Positions 34,215-36,405 of a stretch of DNA of 36,405 nucleotides are shown one piece after another. Source of the stretch: Gemmatimonadota bacterium. GTDB lineage: Bacteria > Latescibacterota > UBA2968 > UBA8231. The stretch spans positions 1-36,405 of the forward strand of contig JAYOYH010000025.1 in assembly GCA_038153405.1 (NCBI GenBank), read 5' to 3'. The notes beneath the pieces were generated by a model. It was not told where the DNA came from, did not search any database, and saw only the letters and a list, made by a program, of their open reading frames with translations. Positions within the stretch are counted from its first letter, which is position 1; every line of letters starts with the position of its first letter. Position numbers and translations under genes: made by a program.

Positions 34215-34817
34215 ATGAGAGAGTTTATACTGCGCGCCCGCAAGGGACCTTCTACACCCGATTTTTCGCTAGAGGACCTGCCTGCAGCGGGCCACCTAGA
34301 AATTGTCTGTCACTGCATGGCCAACGCCCTGTTCTACTCGCTGCAGCTGCGCGAAAACGTGCGGTTGCACATCGTTTTTGACGGACCGACGGCGCCGCCC
34401 AAAACCGTGCGCATCGAGAGCGATGGGCTGGGATCGCTCGGTGGCTTTGACGAGCGCTCTCTCGCTTCCGTCGTGAGCCAGGCGCTGGCCGACGGGCGCG
34501 ATCTGGCACTGGGCGAGGAAGTCCAATCGCGCGCCGGCGTCTACGTAGCCAAGCGTAGCTTTGAGTCGCTGGTGCGCCAGCAGTGCGCGTCAGGAGACAT
34601 GTACCTGCTGCAGAAGCGGGGAGACGATATGCGCCAAGTGCATTTTTCCGCGCAGTCGACCTTTGTTTTTTCCGACCATTTGTCCATGCCGAAAAAGGCC
34701 GATAAGTTTCTTTTGCGCCTCGGCGCGCGCGCGCTGAGCGCGGGGCCCAAAATGCTCTTCGCGTCTCAGTGTATCACCTTGGTTCACAACGAACTCGACC
34801 GCCAGGCGCTGCCCTGA
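34215..34817 (+). CDS. trmY: TrmY-family SPOUT methyltransferase (tRNA pseudouridine54-N1-methyltransferase-like)
   Basis: MREFILRA, FSLEDLP..G, DERS, FVFSDH, S.GP..LFASQCITLVHNELD. True start is 34215, not 33606. Confidence 0.85.
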   Translation: MREFILRARKGPSTPDFSLEDLPAAGHLEIVCHCMANALFYSLQLRENVRLHIVFDGPTAPPKTVRIESDGLGSLGGFDERSLASVVSQALADGRDLALGEEVQSRAGVYVAKRSFESLVRQQCASGDMYLLQKRGDDMRQVHFSAQSTFVFSDHLSMPKKADKFLLRLGARALSAGPKMLFASQCITLVHNELDRQALP

Positions 34818-34832
34818 TGGCTTGCTGGTCGT

Positions 34833-34860
34833 TATAGCTTGGCGTACTTTCTGCCGATTA
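34833..34860 (+). promoter_or_regulatory. Sigma28 (FliA)-like promoter overlapping a sigma54-like GG-N10-GC
   Basis: TATAGCTT-N12-GCCGATTA versus consensus TAAAGTTT-N11-GCCGATAA; TTGGC...TGC has GG at 34841 and GC at 34853. Confidence 0.45.
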
Positions 34861-34872
34861 AAACTATAGACT

Positions 34873-35172
34873 ATGATTAGAGCACTCCACATCAGCGCAA
34901 CGGGACTGCAGCATCAGCAACGGCGCCTGTATGCTTCTGCGCACAATACGGCCAACGCTACTACGGGCGAGGCAGAGGCTGCGCGCCTGCGCACGAGCGG
35001 TCGCCAGCGCGGCGACGGCGGCGTGGCTTCGCAGACGTACTTAGCCTCTTCGACCGATGCCGTGCGCGAGGCAGTTGTGCAGATCGACTCGGCCAAGGCC
35101 TTTGCCGCTGGCGTACGCGCCGTGCAGACGCAGGACGATATGCTCGGCGCGCTACTCGATATAGAGGCCTGA
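34873..35172 (+). CDS. Small flagellar basal-body rod motif protein (Flg_bb_rod N-terminus plus Flg_bbr_C)
   Basis: ALHISATGL....RL..SAHNTANATT and D...E......AFAA......DDMLGALLDI; 99 aa. Confidence 0.85.
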   Translation: MIRALHISATGLQHQQRRLYASAHNTANATTGEAEAARLRTSGRQRGDGGVASQTYLASSTDAVREAVVQIDSAKAFAAGVRAVQTQDDMLGALLDIEA

Positions 35173-35181
35173 GTAGGTTCC

Positions 35182-35928
35182 GTGTTCGAAAAACATCTCA
35201 CCCTGCTCATCATACCTGAAGAGAGCGGCAAGACGCACGAGTTCAAAGTGCCGCGTGCGATTGTCTGGCTGGTGGCGCTGACCATTCCGATTACTGCGCT
35301 GCTGGTTGGAGTGGGGCTATACGGCTACGCCCAGGCGCGCGATCTCGAGGTCGCGGTGGATTATCTCGAGCGCGAAAAGGCCGTGCTCGAGGCCGAAGTG
35401 GACCAAATAGACGAGTTGGAGGAAGTGCTCATGCGCCTGCAGCGCAGCAACGAACAGCTGCGCGCCATTCTCAGCGGTAAAAAGGGGGGTGCGCAGGGCA
35501 ATGCATTGGGCGGTGAAGAGCCCCTCATCACGGGACACCAGCGGTTGCAGTGGGGTTTCGTCGAGTCCGTGCCAACGGCGTGGCCGCTGGCCGGTCCGCT
35601 GGCGCGTCCGTTTAGCGAGGAATTCCCCGCCGTTATTATCGCTGCCGTAGAGGGCAGTCCGGTCTGTGCGAGCGGCGGCGGCATTGTCGTGCGCGCCGGA
35701 TACGACGGCGAATGGGGCCAGGTGGTCGTCGTCGACCATGGCAACGGGATCAAGACCTATTACGGCTATAACAGGTACCTCTTTGTGGCCGAGGGCGACT
35801 ACGTGGTCAAGGGACAGAATATTGCCCTGTCGGGCCGCAGCGGTAGGGCTCCCTATGAGGGACTGTACTACGCCTTAAAAGAGGGGGACGCATTTCGCGA
35901 CCCGGGCAGTTACAGACTATGGCTATAA
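35182..35928 (+). CDS. Membrane-anchored coiled-coil M23/LytM-domain protein, zinc ligands missing
   Basis: TM, coiled coil, PTAWPLAG, GSPVCASGGG.V, WGQVVVVDHGNG..T.YG, V..GD.V.KGQ.IA.SG.SG. Confidence 0.85.
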   Translation: MFEKHLTLLIIPEESGKTHEFKVPRAIVWLVALTIPITALLVGVGLYGYAQARDLEVAVDYLEREKAVLEAEVDQIDELEEVLMRLQRSNEQLRAILSGKKGGAQGNALGGEEPLITGHQRLQWGFVESVPTAWPLAGPLARPFSEEFPAVIIAAVEGSPVCASGGGIVVRAGYDGEWGQVVVVDHGNGIKTYYGYNRYLFVAEGDYVVKGQNIALSGRSGRAPYEGLYYALKEGDAFRDPGSYRLWL

Positions 35929-36263
35929 GAAGGGAAAGCAAGCGAGAAGGGGGTCAGACGGTGGTTGGTGTAGGCGCTTTGCTCGAAGGGACGCTGGATC
36001 TGGCGAGCGATATGCGCGTTGACGGATCGCTGCGCAGCGCGCGTCTGCAAACTCCGGGTTCGCTTACTGTGGGCGAGCAAGGGCGCGTCGACGCCAAGGA
36101 CGTGCAGGTCGGAGAGGCTACCATTTGCGGCCATCTGCGCGGTCGCCTCAGCGCTCGGCGCTGCGTGCGCGTCGCAGCCGGAGGGCGTTTCAGCGGCAAG
36201 ATCATCACGCCAAAGCTGATCTTGGAAGAGGGTGCGGTGCTCGAAGAAGCCGAGGTTGAATGA
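35919..36263 (+). CDS. Bactofilin (polymer-forming cytoskeletal protein)
   Basis: TVVGVGALLEGTL...RVDG...LTVGEQGRV...ATICG.L.G...G.FSG.I....L.LEEGA beta-helix pattern; overlaps the M23 stop. Confidence 0.9.
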   Translation: MAIRRESKREGGQTVVGVGALLEGTLDLASDMRVDGSLRSARLQTPGSLTVGEQGRVDAKDVQVGEATICGHLRGRLSARRCVRVAAGGRFSGKIITPKLILEEGAVLEEAEVE

Positions 36264-36405
36264 CGCGCTGGCGCGAAGCGCATGAGCATGTATAAGAAAA
36301 GCGGGGCGGGCCTTAGGGGGCGCCGCGGTTTTGTTAAGAGGTGGAGGTGAGTGGGTGAATAAATACACCCCGGCCCCCCAAGCCGCGCCGGCGGCCCCCG
36401 CGGGG

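Noticed and set aside
31812..35172. Flagellar gene cluster (FlgD-like plus Flg rod-like)
   Set aside because: The FlgD-Ig is only a C-terminal tail on a secreted protein, and no other flagellar genes are present.
1..36405. CRISPR array, tRNA/rRNA, IS element, prophage or integron
   Set aside because: I saw no spaced direct repeats, RNA-gene signatures, transposase, integrase or phage genes. Small structured RNAs cannot be excluded without a covariance-model search.

Overview
GC-rich bacterial chromosomal window with about 33 tightly packed CDSs, many coupled by ATGA/GTGA overlaps. I see no rRNA, tRNA, CRISPR array or transposase. Content is mostly catabolic and accessory: seven Fe(II)/2-oxoglutarate oxygenases (six PhyH-type, one TauD-type), three Gfo/Idh/MocA oxidoreductases, a sugar ABC importer without its ATPase, a TAP-like hydrolase with a NatAB-like ABC exporter, a Phd/YefM-RelE toxin-antitoxin pair, arsC-acr3, an O-antigen-ligase/TPR protein, a rifampin-phosphotransferase-architecture dikinase, a FlgD-Ig/CHU_C-tailed secreted protein, trmY, a mini Flg rod-motif protein, and an M23-bactofilin pair. 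This profile suggests Candidatus Latescibacterota or a related FCB-group organism (inference only). Strongest leads: (1) two PhyH enzymes carry His-x-Gly instead of His-x-Asp, the radical-halogenase signature, each in an uncharacterised operon; (2) the TA toxin looks catalytically eroded and its three-site GTAC operator array occurs twice with identical spacing, once near the divergent exporter promoter; (3) the M23 protein beside bactofilin lacks all zinc ligands; (4) several genes appear to be leaderless. All family calls come from motif recognition, not database searches.
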